In this document: one piece after another, positions 17,185 through 27,900 of the stretch
How the letters are laid out: the number at the start of each line of letters is the position of its first letter
Position numbering within the stretch: the first letter of the stretch is position 1
Virus record (IMG/VR): IMGVR_UViG_3300042260_000394
Origin: an uncultured virus (IMG/VR IMGVR_UViG_3300042260_000394)
Lineage: Duplodnaviria > Heunggongvirae > Uroviricota > Caudoviricetes
DNA length: 55,269 nucleotides
Direction: 5' to 3' (one strand)
The notes under the pieces: generated by a model
The model's input: only the letters and a program-made list of their open reading frames with translations
Database searches by the model: none
Told to the model about the DNA's origin: nothing
Program-made: the position numbers and the translations under genes

Positions 17185-19256
17185 TGGCAGAAAAACCAAC
17201 ACATCTTAATAATATTGGCTTACCTGATATTCATTATAATCCTTTGCAGAATTATCGCAGTGTAACTTACACTACTCGTCTGACTATGATGCCGTCATCA
17301 GAAGCAACAAAAACAAGTCACGACCGAAGCTATGATTACAAAAAAGGTATTGTATTGTGGGAAACCGGCGGATCAGGTTTAGTATATCTTGAAGAAATGA
17401 TTATGACATGTGTTGGTGCTGGCAATGAAACTGGCAACTACGTAACACAGCAACCAACTAGTTTTAAAGGAAAATTAGTTGAGCCACTGGGCGGCAGATT
17501 TATAGAATCGCTAAGCCTGGCTGCAATGGATTTAGGGTACAGTACCAATGCAGATGGTATGTGTTTACTTGAAATTGCATTTACGGGCTACAATACTAAT
17601 TCTGATGTACCGGAGCAGTGTAAAGGCTGGGATAACGAAGAAATGATATTCCGTTGGTATATTCGAATTACCCAATTAGTCATGCAACTTGATTACAAAG
17701 GTAGTACCTATGATTTTTCCTTTGTGGTATCTGACGGTCAAGTTTTAAACACTGACTATAACACACTCGAAGATGGATTCAGGATGGTTGGTAGTCCAGA
17801 CACAATTGGAAGTTTTTGCAAAGAGTTTTCAGATGCACTTAACAAGCGCGAAGAAGAACATGTTAAATCTGGTATCCGTTGTATTCCTCACAAGTATGTG
17901 ATTACTGCACATAAGGATATTGCAAATTTAAAAGTAAAGAGCGGTTTTTGGTCAAGACAAACATTCAGTATGTTGATTGGCCGTGGCGAGATTCAAGGCA
18001 AACCAGGTATGAGTGTGCAAGAATTTATACTAAATCAAATCTCCAATAGCGAAGAAATGATGAAACACTTGCATCGGATTCCCGAGAAAAAAGACTACAA
18101 CAGCACTGAAGTCAAACCAGGTAAGATACATATTGTACCCAAATCAGTTGTAATTATAGCCGGAGCCCGAGACATAGAAATGGATAAGGAATATGCCTAT
18201 GATCCTAAATTAGGTACGTCAGCAAAAGAACTACACTTCTTTATAACCACTAAAGAAGATGCACGTACAGTCATTAGCCCACAAGAATTTAAAGATGCAC
18301 AAGACCCCGACCAGCGTGACGCTCGTGTGCAAAATTGGATTAAAAAAGGATTACTTCGCAAAGTCTACAGATGGATCTACACTGGCGAAAACTCCGAAGT
18401 TCTCAACGTAGAATTAAAACTTGATAACATGTGGCGCAATGTTAGACCGCTGTGGGTTAGCACCGAGACTGGTAAGGCAATCGCTCCTACAGCAAAATCG
18501 TCAACCGCCCAGCAGAAGTCGCCGTCGGCTACAGGCGGCAAAGTTGTTGCTTGCAATGACGCAAAGGCAGTCAACGCAAAAACTCAACGTGTTGCCGCAA
18601 CGTATGCCGAAGATGCCGAATTTGATGCACAAACTGGTAAAATTAAGCCAAAGGAAGGTTGGTATCCTAACATGCCACAGTTTTATCATATGAACGTAGG
18701 AGTACAACAGCAAAGCCAGCAAGGGGCATTGTCTCCTAGCAATGCAAACGAGTACGCGATCTACAGACAAATTGGTGCAAACATGTCTGGTTCTGGAGAA
18801 ATGACAAAATTGACCCTAGAAGTGGTTGGGGATCCTTACTGGCTGATGCAAATACCTGGCTCACCAGGTAAGCCTCCATATAACGAAGACGTGTGGGAAT
18901 ACGAAAAACAGCAACTTACCGAAGATCAAATGGCCGAGAAAAGAAAGAAAACTGCTTCGCACGCTTGGCTACCATTCATTTATTTTGATGCACAGATACC
19001 ATCTGCTACAAATAATACAGCCACCGACACAATGAAATTACGTGAAGCAGAAGCAATAAGTGGTATATTTTGTTGCACTATGATAACAAATAAGTTTAGC
19101 AAAGGCAAATTTACTTCAACATTGGCTACTTACAGAGAACCATTATCTAATCCATGGACCGGTGGAATCAAAGGCGAAAATAGGGCATCTAATGGCACCT
19201 CGCCTGGTAATGCGTCGGCAACTGGTCCAAATAACGCAAACTTAAAGAAGAAATAA
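17184..19256 (+). CDS. Baseplate hub protein (gp27-like)
   Basis: Position between gp53 and gp5; YIYTG-like WIYTGEN, LEVVGDPYWL and NKFSKGKFTSTL motifs. Confidence 0.6.
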   Translation: MAEKPTHLNNIGLPDIHYNPLQNYRSVTYTTRLTMMPSSEATKTSHDRSYDYKKGIVLWETGGSGLVYLEEMIMTCVGAGNETGNYVTQQPTSFKGKLVEPLGGRFIESLSLAAMDLGYSTNADGMCLLEIAFTGYNTNSDVPEQCKGWDNEEMIFRWYIRITQLVMQLDYKGSTYDFSFVVSDGQVLNTDYNTLEDGFRMVGSPDTIGSFCKEFSDALNKREEEHVKSGIRCIPHKYVITAHKDIANLKVKSGFWSRQTFSMLIGRGEIQGKPGMSVQEFILNQISNSEEMMKHLHRIPEKKDYNSTEVKPGKIHIVPKSVVIIAGARDIEMDKEYAYDPKLGTSAKELHFFITTKEDARTVISPQEFKDAQDPDQRDARVQNWIKKGLLRKVYRWIYTGENSEVLNVELKLDNMWRNVRPLWVSTETGKAIAPTAKSSTAQQKSPSATGGKVVACNDAKAVNAKTQRVAATYAEDAEFDAQTGKIKPKEGWYPNMPQFYHMNVGVQQQSQQGALSPSNANEYAIYRQIGANMSGSGEMTKLTLEVVGDPYWLMQIPGSPGKPPYNEDVWEYEKQQLTEDQMAEKRKKTASHAWLPFIYFDAQIPSATNNTATDTMKLREAEAISGIFCCTMITNKFSKGKFTSTLATYREPLSNPWTGGIKGENRASNGTSPGNASATGPNNANLKKK

Positions 19257-19264
19257 GGATAGAA

Positions 19265-21421
19265 ATGCAAGTAAACGACAAAGGCAGAGCAGGCGGAGGA
19301 ACAGCGGCACTTGGTAGCAAGATGCATGGGGTGTTTCTTGGCAAAATAAAAGACAACATTGACCCTGATGGTCTTGGCCGATTGAGAGTATGGATTCCGC
19401 AATTAAGTAACTCAGCGGAATCGAATAAGCAAGGTTGGTTTACGGTTCGTTATTGCCCGCCGTTTGCCGGAGCATCAAATACCAGCGAAGAATCACAAGC
19501 CAAAGATGCAACCAAATATGCACAAACAAATCAAAGCTATGGCATGTGGATGGTCCCACCGGACAAAAATGTACAGGTAGTTTGCAGTTTCCTTAATGGA
19601 GAGCTAAGTCAGGGTATTTGGTGGGCATGTATGCCGCATGACGGACATACGCATGCGATACCAGCAGTGGCGTCTGGTACAACTCACGATGGTGCAACTA
19701 CACCATTGGCCGAACGTAATCGTTATAATACAGCGGATCCGGATCCAGAAAAGCGTCCCAAGCATCCGCTTAATAATGTTATTAGACGACAAGGCCTTGA
19801 AAAAGACAAACGTCGTGGCCACATCAATGCTGGCCCTTTTAGAAACAAGTCAAAGCACACCGGATTAGCGTACGGAGTGTTAACACCAGGCCAGCATCAG
19901 TTTGTAATGGATGACGGTGAGGAATTTAAGAACGGTCAAATCAGATTACGTACTGCTTCGGGCAATACGTTTATCATGGACAACGATGAAGGCTTCATTT
20001 ATTTTATTAACGCAACAGGCAACGCTTGGATGCAACTTGACAAAGAAGGCAACGTTGATGTTTATGCAGGCGGCTCTTTTAGTGTTAATGCTGAAGATAG
20101 CATTAACCTTCGTGCTGGTAATAACATCAACATGGATGCAGGCGCAAACTTAAATGCAGTTGCGGCAAAGGATTGGAATTTAGAAGCATGTGAAGTGTTT
20201 AACGCTACAGGTACAACTGGTATGAAGTTAAGCACAAGCCAGAACATGAACATTCTTGCTGACAGCCAGTTTAAAATGACTGGTCAGCGCATCGACTTAA
20301 ATGGTCCTCCTGCAGAACGTGCAACATTGCCTACGCCAAACAGTTTGGTAACAAACTCGTCAGTCGGTAAAAGTGTTGCAGGCCGTGTTCCCGAAGCTGA
20401 GCCATATGGCGGCCACGTTAGTAAGGGAGGTGAGCAGCCTACTGTCGTGCCCGGAGCCGCTCCAATTGATGATCCTGAGATTACACCAGCACCGGAAAGC
20501 TACGAAGATAAACCTAGCCCAGAAACAACAGATGCTATTGCTTGCGTTCCAGAAGTAACACAAAGTAAATTAAGTGACGAAGGATTTAAGATCTTAAAAA
20601 GCCGAGAAGCATATTGCGGTATCATGTACAGTGACTATCAAGGTTACAGTATCGGATATGGTATCCGCTTAGATATTTTTGGTCCCGGCGGTGGCGGCAA
20701 AATTGATGAAAATCTAAAGCAAGCATTGTTAGCTGGCCCAAGCGAACCAGAAGCACGTTTAGCCAGCCGTCAAATCATTGATCGTGAAAACACACCACGA
20801 ATTATGCGATCGCTAGAAAAAGCAAAAAGCGGAGCAGGCAAGCCAATTTGTATTACACAGTCGCAAATTGATGCATTGATTATGGCTTCGTACAGCAGTC
20901 CAGCAAGTGCAGATAAAATGGCACAGGCCTTGGTTCAAGCTGCCGCAGCCACAGCAGATGGAAAGCCTACAAACGAAGATATTGCCAAAATTTGGGCTAA
21001 CTCTCCGTATAACAACAGTAGCAAAGTTCGCAACAGTGATGCAAAATATGCAATGACTGGCAAGCCAAATTCTGATACACGAGTAATGGAACCAGAGCAA
21101 TTGCAAGCAGAAGGTATCAAGCGAGATTTGTCACGTTTAAAGAACAACAAAGTTCAACTTCCTGACACAGCAGGTTGGCGTACCCCTTATGGCAATGGCG
21201 GTCAAACCGGAACTAAAGTTGAAAATACTTACGGAAAACCAACCCCGCAACATTTGGCTCAATGGGAAAGAAGTTACTATCTAAACACTGGAAATGTGCC
21301 GTATGGTAGCAACTTGACTGTTGAACAACTACGTGACAAGTACGGTTCTCCGCATACTGGAGGTAATAATCCTCCAGGTAAAGCAACAGCCGGGACAGCA
21401 TCCAACAGCAATGTAGGATAA
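19265..21421 (+). CDS. gp5: Baseplate central spike gp5/VgrG-like with C-terminal lysozyme-like domain
   Basis: DPDGLGRLRVWIP OB-fold, SYGMWMVPPD, beta-helix repeats, then REAYCGIMYSDYQGYSIGYG and ITQSQIDAL of GH24 lysozymes. Confidence 0.85.
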   Translation: MQVNDKGRAGGGTAALGSKMHGVFLGKIKDNIDPDGLGRLRVWIPQLSNSAESNKQGWFTVRYCPPFAGASNTSEESQAKDATKYAQTNQSYGMWMVPPDKNVQVVCSFLNGELSQGIWWACMPHDGHTHAIPAVASGTTHDGATTPLAERNRYNTADPDPEKRPKHPLNNVIRRQGLEKDKRRGHINAGPFRNKSKHTGLAYGVLTPGQHQFVMDDGEEFKNGQIRLRTASGNTFIMDNDEGFIYFINATGNAWMQLDKEGNVDVYAGGSFSVNAEDSINLRAGNNINMDAGANLNAVAAKDWNLEACEVFNATGTTGMKLSTSQNMNILADSQFKMTGQRIDLNGPPAERATLPTPNSLVTNSSVGKSVAGRVPEAEPYGGHVSKGGEQPTVVPGAAPIDDPEITPAPESYEDKPSPETTDAIACVPEVTQSKLSDEGFKILKSREAYCGIMYSDYQGYSIGYGIRLDIFGPGGGGKIDENLKQALLAGPSEPEARLASRQIIDRENTPRIMRSLEKAKSGAGKPICITQSQIDALIMASYSSPASADKMAQALVQAAAATADGKPTNEDIAKIWANSPYNNSSKVRNSDAKYAMTGKPNSDTRVMEPEQLQAEGIKRDLSRLKNNKVQLPDTAGWRTPYGNGGQTGTKVENTYGKPTPQHLAQWERSYYLNTGNVPYGSNLTVEQLRDKYGSPHTGGNNPPGKATAGTASNSNVG

Positions 21422-21448
21422 GATAAAACCCAGCTTAATAAAACTTGG

Positions 21449-21454
21449 TAAATA
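21449..21454 (+). promoter_or_regulatory. Late promoter box TAAATA, 5 nt before gp25 ATG
   Basis: ggTAAATAggtgtATG. Confidence 0.7.
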
Positions 21455-21459
21455 GGTGT

Positions 21460-21840
21460 ATGCCAAGTTACACATCAAAATTCCGCGGGTATAGCTCAAT
21501 TGGGACTAGTTTTTTAAATCCAGTCCTGTACGATCTTGCCCTTGCGAAACAAGACTTACTAAACCACTTTAATACTCGCAAAGGCGAGCGTATTATGATG
21601 CCAGAATTTGGCAGCATTGTATGGGATATGCTTTTCGAGCCATTAGATGATTACACTATCAATTTAATCGACGCTGATGTGCGTTCGATTATCAAATCAG
21701 ATCCACGTTGGTTGTTGCAAAGTGTAGCCATCAGCGAAGGCCCAAATGCACTTAACATTGAAGTTACAGTGACATATTTGCCCACAGACGAATCAGTACT
21801 ATTACCAATGGTATACGACAAAGGAACGAACACATTATGA
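21460..21840 (+). CDS. gp25: Baseplate wedge subunit gp25
   Basis: DLLNHFNTRKGERIMMPEFGS...LFEP...DPR motif; start re-called to ATG 21460. Confidence 0.92.
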   Translation: MPSYTSKFRGYSSIGTSFLNPVLYDLALAKQDLLNHFNTRKGERIMMPEFGSIVWDMLFEPLDDYTINLIDADVRSIIKSDPRWLLQSVAISEGPNALNIEVTVTYLPTDESVLLPMVYDKGTNTL

Positions 21841-24800
21841 GCCAGACACGACGCCTAGGACAGTTAAACGCCGCTGAAAGCTGGCTTAACAATTACCGTT
21901 ATCTAGTAAACGCAGATTTTAAAGCGTATGACTTTGAAAGTCTACGTACTGCATTGTTAGATCACATTCAACTTAACTATCCAGAAGATTTTAACGACTT
22001 TATCAATTCAAGCGAGTATGTTGCGCTTGTAGACTTGATGGCGTTCATGGGACAAAACTTGTCCTTCCGTGCAGATTTAAACTTGCGCGAAACGTTCTTG
22101 GAAACAGCAGAAGTTCGCGGCAACGTATTAAGTATTGCTCGTCAGTTGGGCTACAAGCCGTTCCGTAACGGTGCAGCCAATGGCTTTTTAAAAATTACTT
22201 CTGTAACAACTACACAAGAATTATATGACAGCAAAGGTACAAACCTGGCTGGTAAAACAATCGTGTGGGCTGACCCGTTGAACTTAGACTTCAATGAGCA
22301 GTTTTCATTGATTTTAAATCAGGCACTAAACAAATCAAACCCAATTGGACGTCCAGTTAGTTCAATTTCTGCCAATGGCACTACACGACAAATTTACGAA
22401 CTTGATCAACCAGACACAAGAACAATGGTTGAATCATTTTCGTTGACTGCAAGAAATAATAACAGCTATTCTTGTGAGCTAGTTCCTGTAACAATTGATA
22501 CAACTACAGAGCTTGCAAAAGAAAATACACCAAATCCGTATGGTCGTCAGACTGTGCTGTTTAACAATGATGGTACTGGCTTTGGCTCTGGTAGCAACGG
22601 CTGGTTCTTTATGTTCAAGCAAGGAACATTGAAGTTTGAAGACTTTATATTAGACACGCGAGTTGAAAACCGTGTAATCGATTTACAAGGCAATAACATT
22701 AACGAAACTGACATTTGGGTTCAAAGCATTGACTCACAAGGACAAATTTTAGAGCAGTGGACTCCTGTACCTAACACAAACAATAAGAACATTGTATTCA
22801 ATGCAGTAGCAAAAGACGTACGAAAAGTATACGAAGTTATTACTCGTGAAAACGATTCAGTATCTCTAAAATTTGGCGACGACATTTTCGCTGACATTCC
22901 TACTGGTAACATTCGTGTATGGTATCGAGAAAGTGCAAACGAAACATTATCAATCTCTCCTAACGATGTAGCAGGTTTGGAAATGGCATTGCGTTTTGTT
23001 GATGGTACATCTACAGAACAAGACTTGACAATTACACTTGAATTGTCTACTCCAGCATCAAGTACTGCTGGCGAAACACTAGAACAAATTAAAAATCGTG
23101 CAAGTCGCACAAGTGCAAGTCAGGACCGCATGATCACTGCTTCTGACTACAACATCTATCCAGAAGGTAAAGTAAGCGGCGTTGATAAAATCAAAGCAGT
23201 TAACAGAACACATGCTGGTCAAAGTGTATATGCAGACTTGTCTGATCCAACTGGCACATACCGTCCTGTTATTACATTTGCAGACGATGGTTACATCTAC
23301 GAAACTGAAGTAGTTACATCTACTACAAAAGATTCTTTATCAGGACCGCAAGAAGTATTGTCTTGGGTAGAAAACAGTTTATTGAACAGACACCTGCACC
23401 AGTTATACTACAAAAAGTATACTCCCATTGCTCCAGATTCTGGCGTTAATGTCAAGTGGGTAACAGTAAGTTCTGGTAACGCAACTACCACAGGCCACTT
23501 TTCAATTGTGACAAATAATGCACCGCTACGTATTGGCCGTGGTAGCCCAGACATCAAATATAGAACCATTGGCAAGAACAGTTTGGTAAAAACCACTGGC
23601 GGCAAGTGGAGCCGTGTGCTAGATGTATATCGCGAAGGCTTGGGCGTAAGTGATAATGATGGCAACAACACTGGCTTACGTGCCAATGGCCAAGGATCTG
23701 TGTTTTTGAATTCTATTTTAACATCCACAAGTGTTGAAGCTTGGTTCCCATCATTACGTACAATTTTTACTCCAACAGAGCAACGTGAGATTCTTGCTGA
23801 GATTCGTGCGGCACGTAGCTTTGGTTTGAAGTATGTAAACACAGCAACTCAACCAGACCGTTGGAAAATTATTCCAGTGGATGCAGTTGTAACAACAGGT
23901 GACTTAGTTCCTCCAACAGAACAAAACACAAACTCTGGTGCAAGCTGGTTAGTGCGTTTAGAGTATGACACAACCACTGGCACCTGGACATTGTACACAC
24001 GTAACGACCAAACAGTGTTTGGCAGTGTTGACCAATTGAAATTCCATAATCAACGTTTTGGCCAATCAATTGACTCGTCATCAAAGCGTGTGCTAAAAGA
24101 TACTGTTAAGTTTTTAAAACAACACGGATTAGAGTCTGAGTTGTCGCTTGATGTCAACGACTACTTTAAACTAGATGATGGCCGCTTTGATTCGACCCGT
24201 GTAATGTTATTATTACCTGGCCTAAATGAAAACTTAGCACCAAATGATCCAGAAGTAATTAGCAAGCTAATCACAGATACTGTGCAATTTGAACGTGTGC
24301 CATTTGTTGATACTAAGGGACAATACACATTAAAGCCAAGCAATACCGCCGGCGTGCTATTACCTGGTAGAAAAGATTTAAAAGTACAAAGTACACACGT
24401 TCCGTTACGAGATAATAGAGTTGACGCATCAACTACAAACATTGTTGACATGTATGTGTTAACATCAAACTACAACGATGCTTATCGTGCTTGGGTCAAC
24501 GCTGGCGGCAATGAGGCAACAAAGCCATTGCCATTAACTTCATATAGTTTAGAAAAGCTAATGAGTTCTATTATTCCTTATAAGAGTATTAGTGATAGCA
24601 TTATTTTCCATCCTGTCAACTATAAAGTTATCTTTGGTAAGAACGCTGACAGCAGAAATCAAGTTAAGATTCGTATTACCAAGAGTGATACTACACGAGT
24701 AAGCGATGCTGAAATTCGCAGTCGTGTTATTGCGGCAATCAACCAATACTTCTCGGTTGATAATTGGGACTTTGGCGAAACGTTTTATTTTACTGACATG

Positions 24801-24965
24801 GCTGCTTGGATACATAAGTCGTTGGGCGGAATTATCAGTAGCATTGTGTTGGTACCAAAACAAAAACAGTTGTCAAGCAATGACCTGTTCCAGATTCCAT
24901 GTGAGGATAATGAAATTTTTATCAGTAGCGCAACGGTAAATGACGTTGAAGTTGTTTCAAATTAA
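21837..24965 (+). CDS. gp6: Baseplate wedge subunit gp6
   Basis: DFESLR...YPEDFND, ETFLETA, QLGYKP, FGDDIF, and ETLEQIK...QDRMITASDY motifs. Confidence 0.9.
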   Translation: MSQTRRLGQLNAAESWLNNYRYLVNADFKAYDFESLRTALLDHIQLNYPEDFNDFINSSEYVALVDLMAFMGQNLSFRADLNLRETFLETAEVRGNVLSIARQLGYKPFRNGAANGFLKITSVTTTQELYDSKGTNLAGKTIVWADPLNLDFNEQFSLILNQALNKSNPIGRPVSSISANGTTRQIYELDQPDTRTMVESFSLTARNNNSYSCELVPVTIDTTTELAKENTPNPYGRQTVLFNNDGTGFGSGSNGWFFMFKQGTLKFEDFILDTRVENRVIDLQGNNINETDIWVQSIDSQGQILEQWTPVPNTNNKNIVFNAVAKDVRKVYEVITRENDSVSLKFGDDIFADIPTGNIRVWYRESANETLSISPNDVAGLEMALRFVDGTSTEQDLTITLELSTPASSTAGETLEQIKNRASRTSASQDRMITASDYNIYPEGKVSGVDKIKAVNRTHAGQSVYADLSDPTGTYRPVITFADDGYIYETEVVTSTTKDSLSGPQEVLSWVENSLLNRHLHQLYYKKYTPIAPDSGVNVKWVTVSSGNATTTGHFSIVTNNAPLRIGRGSPDIKYRTIGKNSLVKTTGGKWSRVLDVYREGLGVSDNDGNNTGLRANGQGSVFLNSILTSTSVEAWFPSLRTIFTPTEQREILAEIRAARSFGLKYVNTATQPDRWKIIPVDAVVTTGDLVPPTEQNTNSGASWLVRLEYDTTTGTWTLYTRNDQTVFGSVDQLKFHNQRFGQSIDSSSKRVLKDTVKFLKQHGLESELSLDVNDYFKLDDGRFDSTRVMLLLPGLNENLAPNDPEVISKLITDTVQFERVPFVDTKGQYTLKPSNTAGVLLPGRKDLKVQSTHVPLRDNRVDASTTNIVDMYVLTSNYNDAYRAWVNAGGNEATKPLPLTSYSLEKLMSSIIPYKSISDSIIFHPVNYKVIFGKNADSRNQVKIRITKSDTTRVSDAEIRSRVIAAINQYFSVDNWDFGETFYFTDMAAWIHKSLGGIISSIVLVPKQKQLSSNDLFQIPCEDNEIFISSATVNDVEVVSN

Positions 24966-24977
24966 TAAGGCAAAGTA

Positions 24978-27900
24978 ATGGCAAAAGATCCAAAAAAATT
25001 AAACCCTGAAAACCCATACAGTAAAACATTCCCGGGTCAGGATTTAAACACAGGCGTTTCACCTAAGACGACTGACTTACTACCTACGATTTTTAGAACT
25101 GAAACAAATAAGAAAGTTCTAAGTGCAGTAATGGAAGACTTGTTTCAACCAAGTTCCATTGAAACATTAAACTATGCCGTTGGCCGTAATCGTACAAAGT
25201 TCACTGGCTTAGACTATTTGCCACATCCTATTGCCCGCAGACAATTAGAAACTGGCTTAGTGCTTTTCAATGATGATAAGGTATCTGTATTAACAGCAGA
25301 CGACATTGCAACAGCATGGGATCTAAATGATAGAACACGTGAAACAGTAGAACCAATTAGCATTTTAGATTTGCCAATTGACCCAGACAAGTTTTTAAAC
25401 TGGGCAAACTACTACTGGATTGAAGAACGTATGCCAGTGGTGTTCTTGACTAGTGGCAACACTGACTTAAATGTACAAGCTGACATTGTTGGTAAGAAAT
25501 ATTACACATCACCTGTACAGCCAAACGGTCGTAGTTTAGAATTTAAAAATGGCATGCGTGTGGTATTTCACCAACGACCAGGTTTAACTGATATCAGTGG
25601 TAATTTGGATTTAGACTTAGTTACAGACGGAACTGATCAATTACACCTAGACTATGAATTTGTCAACTACAATCGAGGTTTAATTGGTGTTTCAGTTGAC
25701 AGTGTTATATTAACACAAGGCGTTGACTATTATATCACTGGTAACCATATAGTATGGCTAACCGAAGTTCCTGCACTAAAAGCAGTACATGTCCACGCAC
25801 CAAATTTTTACATCACATTAGATGAAGAACTTAGATTGCGTTCGTGGCTAGTAACAGGTGTTGGCACCGAAGAAGGTATTCGGTTACTAGGGCTAGCATC
25901 GCAGTTTACAAACACAGTTTACAGTAAATTATCAAACGCCTTATGGGATCAATCAGCAGTGCCTTGGGACCGTGTTGAATGGGATGGTTTCATTCCTGGT
26001 ATTAACCCTAAGGAATACATCTTACAAGAACCTGGCGCAAAAAATAGAAATGCACACAGCCGAACAAACTGCTGGTTCCACAAGTCTACTATTCAAACAG
26101 CAGTTGACTTCTTAGGTATTGAATTTAGCGATATTGCAAATAGCAATAGTCAAGCATTGCGCCCTATTGTTGAATTTGAGAACAGCCTTGAATTATACAA
26201 TCACGGTACACGCTATCGCGCCTGGCCAACGTTCCTAGTTAACGAATTAAGCATCGGCGTGTCTGACTTTATTGGATTGCCGTTAGTAGATAATAATACA
26301 ACAACATTGAACACAAGATACATGGCTTTGTTGTCTAAACTTGATAGACCGGTTGATATTATTGTACAAACACGAATCGGCGCTAACTTTAAATTGGCTC
26401 TGAATGCATCGTCTATTCCGCAAGACGAGCTTATTAAGATCTTGTCTAACCTTGACAAGGATAATGCCGCAGGTAGAATTCCAAAGTATGCAGTTTACAA
26501 AATAAGCGGCAACAGTATTACCTGGATTAAAAACCCACCAGCGTCAAACTGGACAATTACCTACAGAATTTCTGGCGTAATGTTGTCTGCGTTGCGTATC
26601 TTATGGTTAGCTAAAGATTCAAACGTTAACACAATTTTAAACATTCAACATGATGGTGTAATTACAACCGGAGTTTCAAAAGAAGTAGCAAATGATGGTG
26701 ATGCAGTAGTAATCAATGTAACTTCATCAGCTGACCCACATTACCTAAAAGAGTATCATTGGAAGAATGGTGTTGCTGTTCCAGCAACATTCCGCACTAC
26801 TGCAATCCAACAACCAGTATTTGAAATTTACAGTCGCGATGGTGTTAAGCTAAGTTCAAACACAAGAACAAAGCCATCAGTAGTTAATAGCACAATTATT
26901 AAGATCAAATCTGGCGCATATTTTGACGACGAGTCGGGTTATAGCATTGACTTCTTGCCAACTCAATTTACGCAGTTAACTGCCGATAATACAGCGGTTA
27001 ACAGCATGTACAACATCTTGTTTGAACACACACTTCAAACAACAGCATTGTATATCGACAGCACTGGTACTCAACAGCCAGTGCCGGGCCCATACTCATT
27101 CCGTAGATTTAATGGCGGTGATACGGTAGCTGAACTAAGCAATGGCTACCGTCGTGCATGGTTCAAGTTGAAAAGCTGGGCACTTCGTTCACAGCGAATT
27201 GATGGTGCTACAACTATTCAATTAGACAGTTCAATGTGGCCAGAGTACAATTGGGCAGTTAAGATTGCCAATGGTGTAGGCACAGTATTGCACACTGACG
27301 ACTTTAAAACAGTTGTAGATAATGTAGCAGTTGCCGCACGTGGCCACGAAGTCTCGTTCAAAGTATATCACAATGGATTACAAACCGTAGCAACAGTACG
27401 AGGCCAAGGGTTTGAAGCATTTGATGTTCCTGTAGTAGATGGTGCGTTATCATTTGTTGTTCCAACAACAGCAGTTGATACGCTAACTGTTTCTGTTGGC
27501 TTTATTAGCTTTACTGCTCGACTAATTGAACTTAAAGATGATCCTCGATTTGTAAAGATTAAATTAAACGGTCTTCCAGTGGACTACGCAGTTGATTCAA
27601 CTGCTTACACAGTTTCATTAACAGGCACAGGGGTCGTTGAGATTCAGCACCAAGGCAACGACATCGACGGAGATCACTTGACTGCTATTCCTGGTATTGA
27701 TTATAATCCAGAGCAATTTGAAAACTTCGGCGAGATTAGCGTAGCACGAATTGTCAAAGGCTTGTCAAAGAACATTACAGTAAACACAGCCAGCAAGCGT
27801 GAATGGATCGACAGTCCAAAGTTTAAAACACTTGACGGCATTTACATGGCTGACAATAGTGCAATTCGTTCTTCATGGGCAAACTTTGCATTGCAACCTG

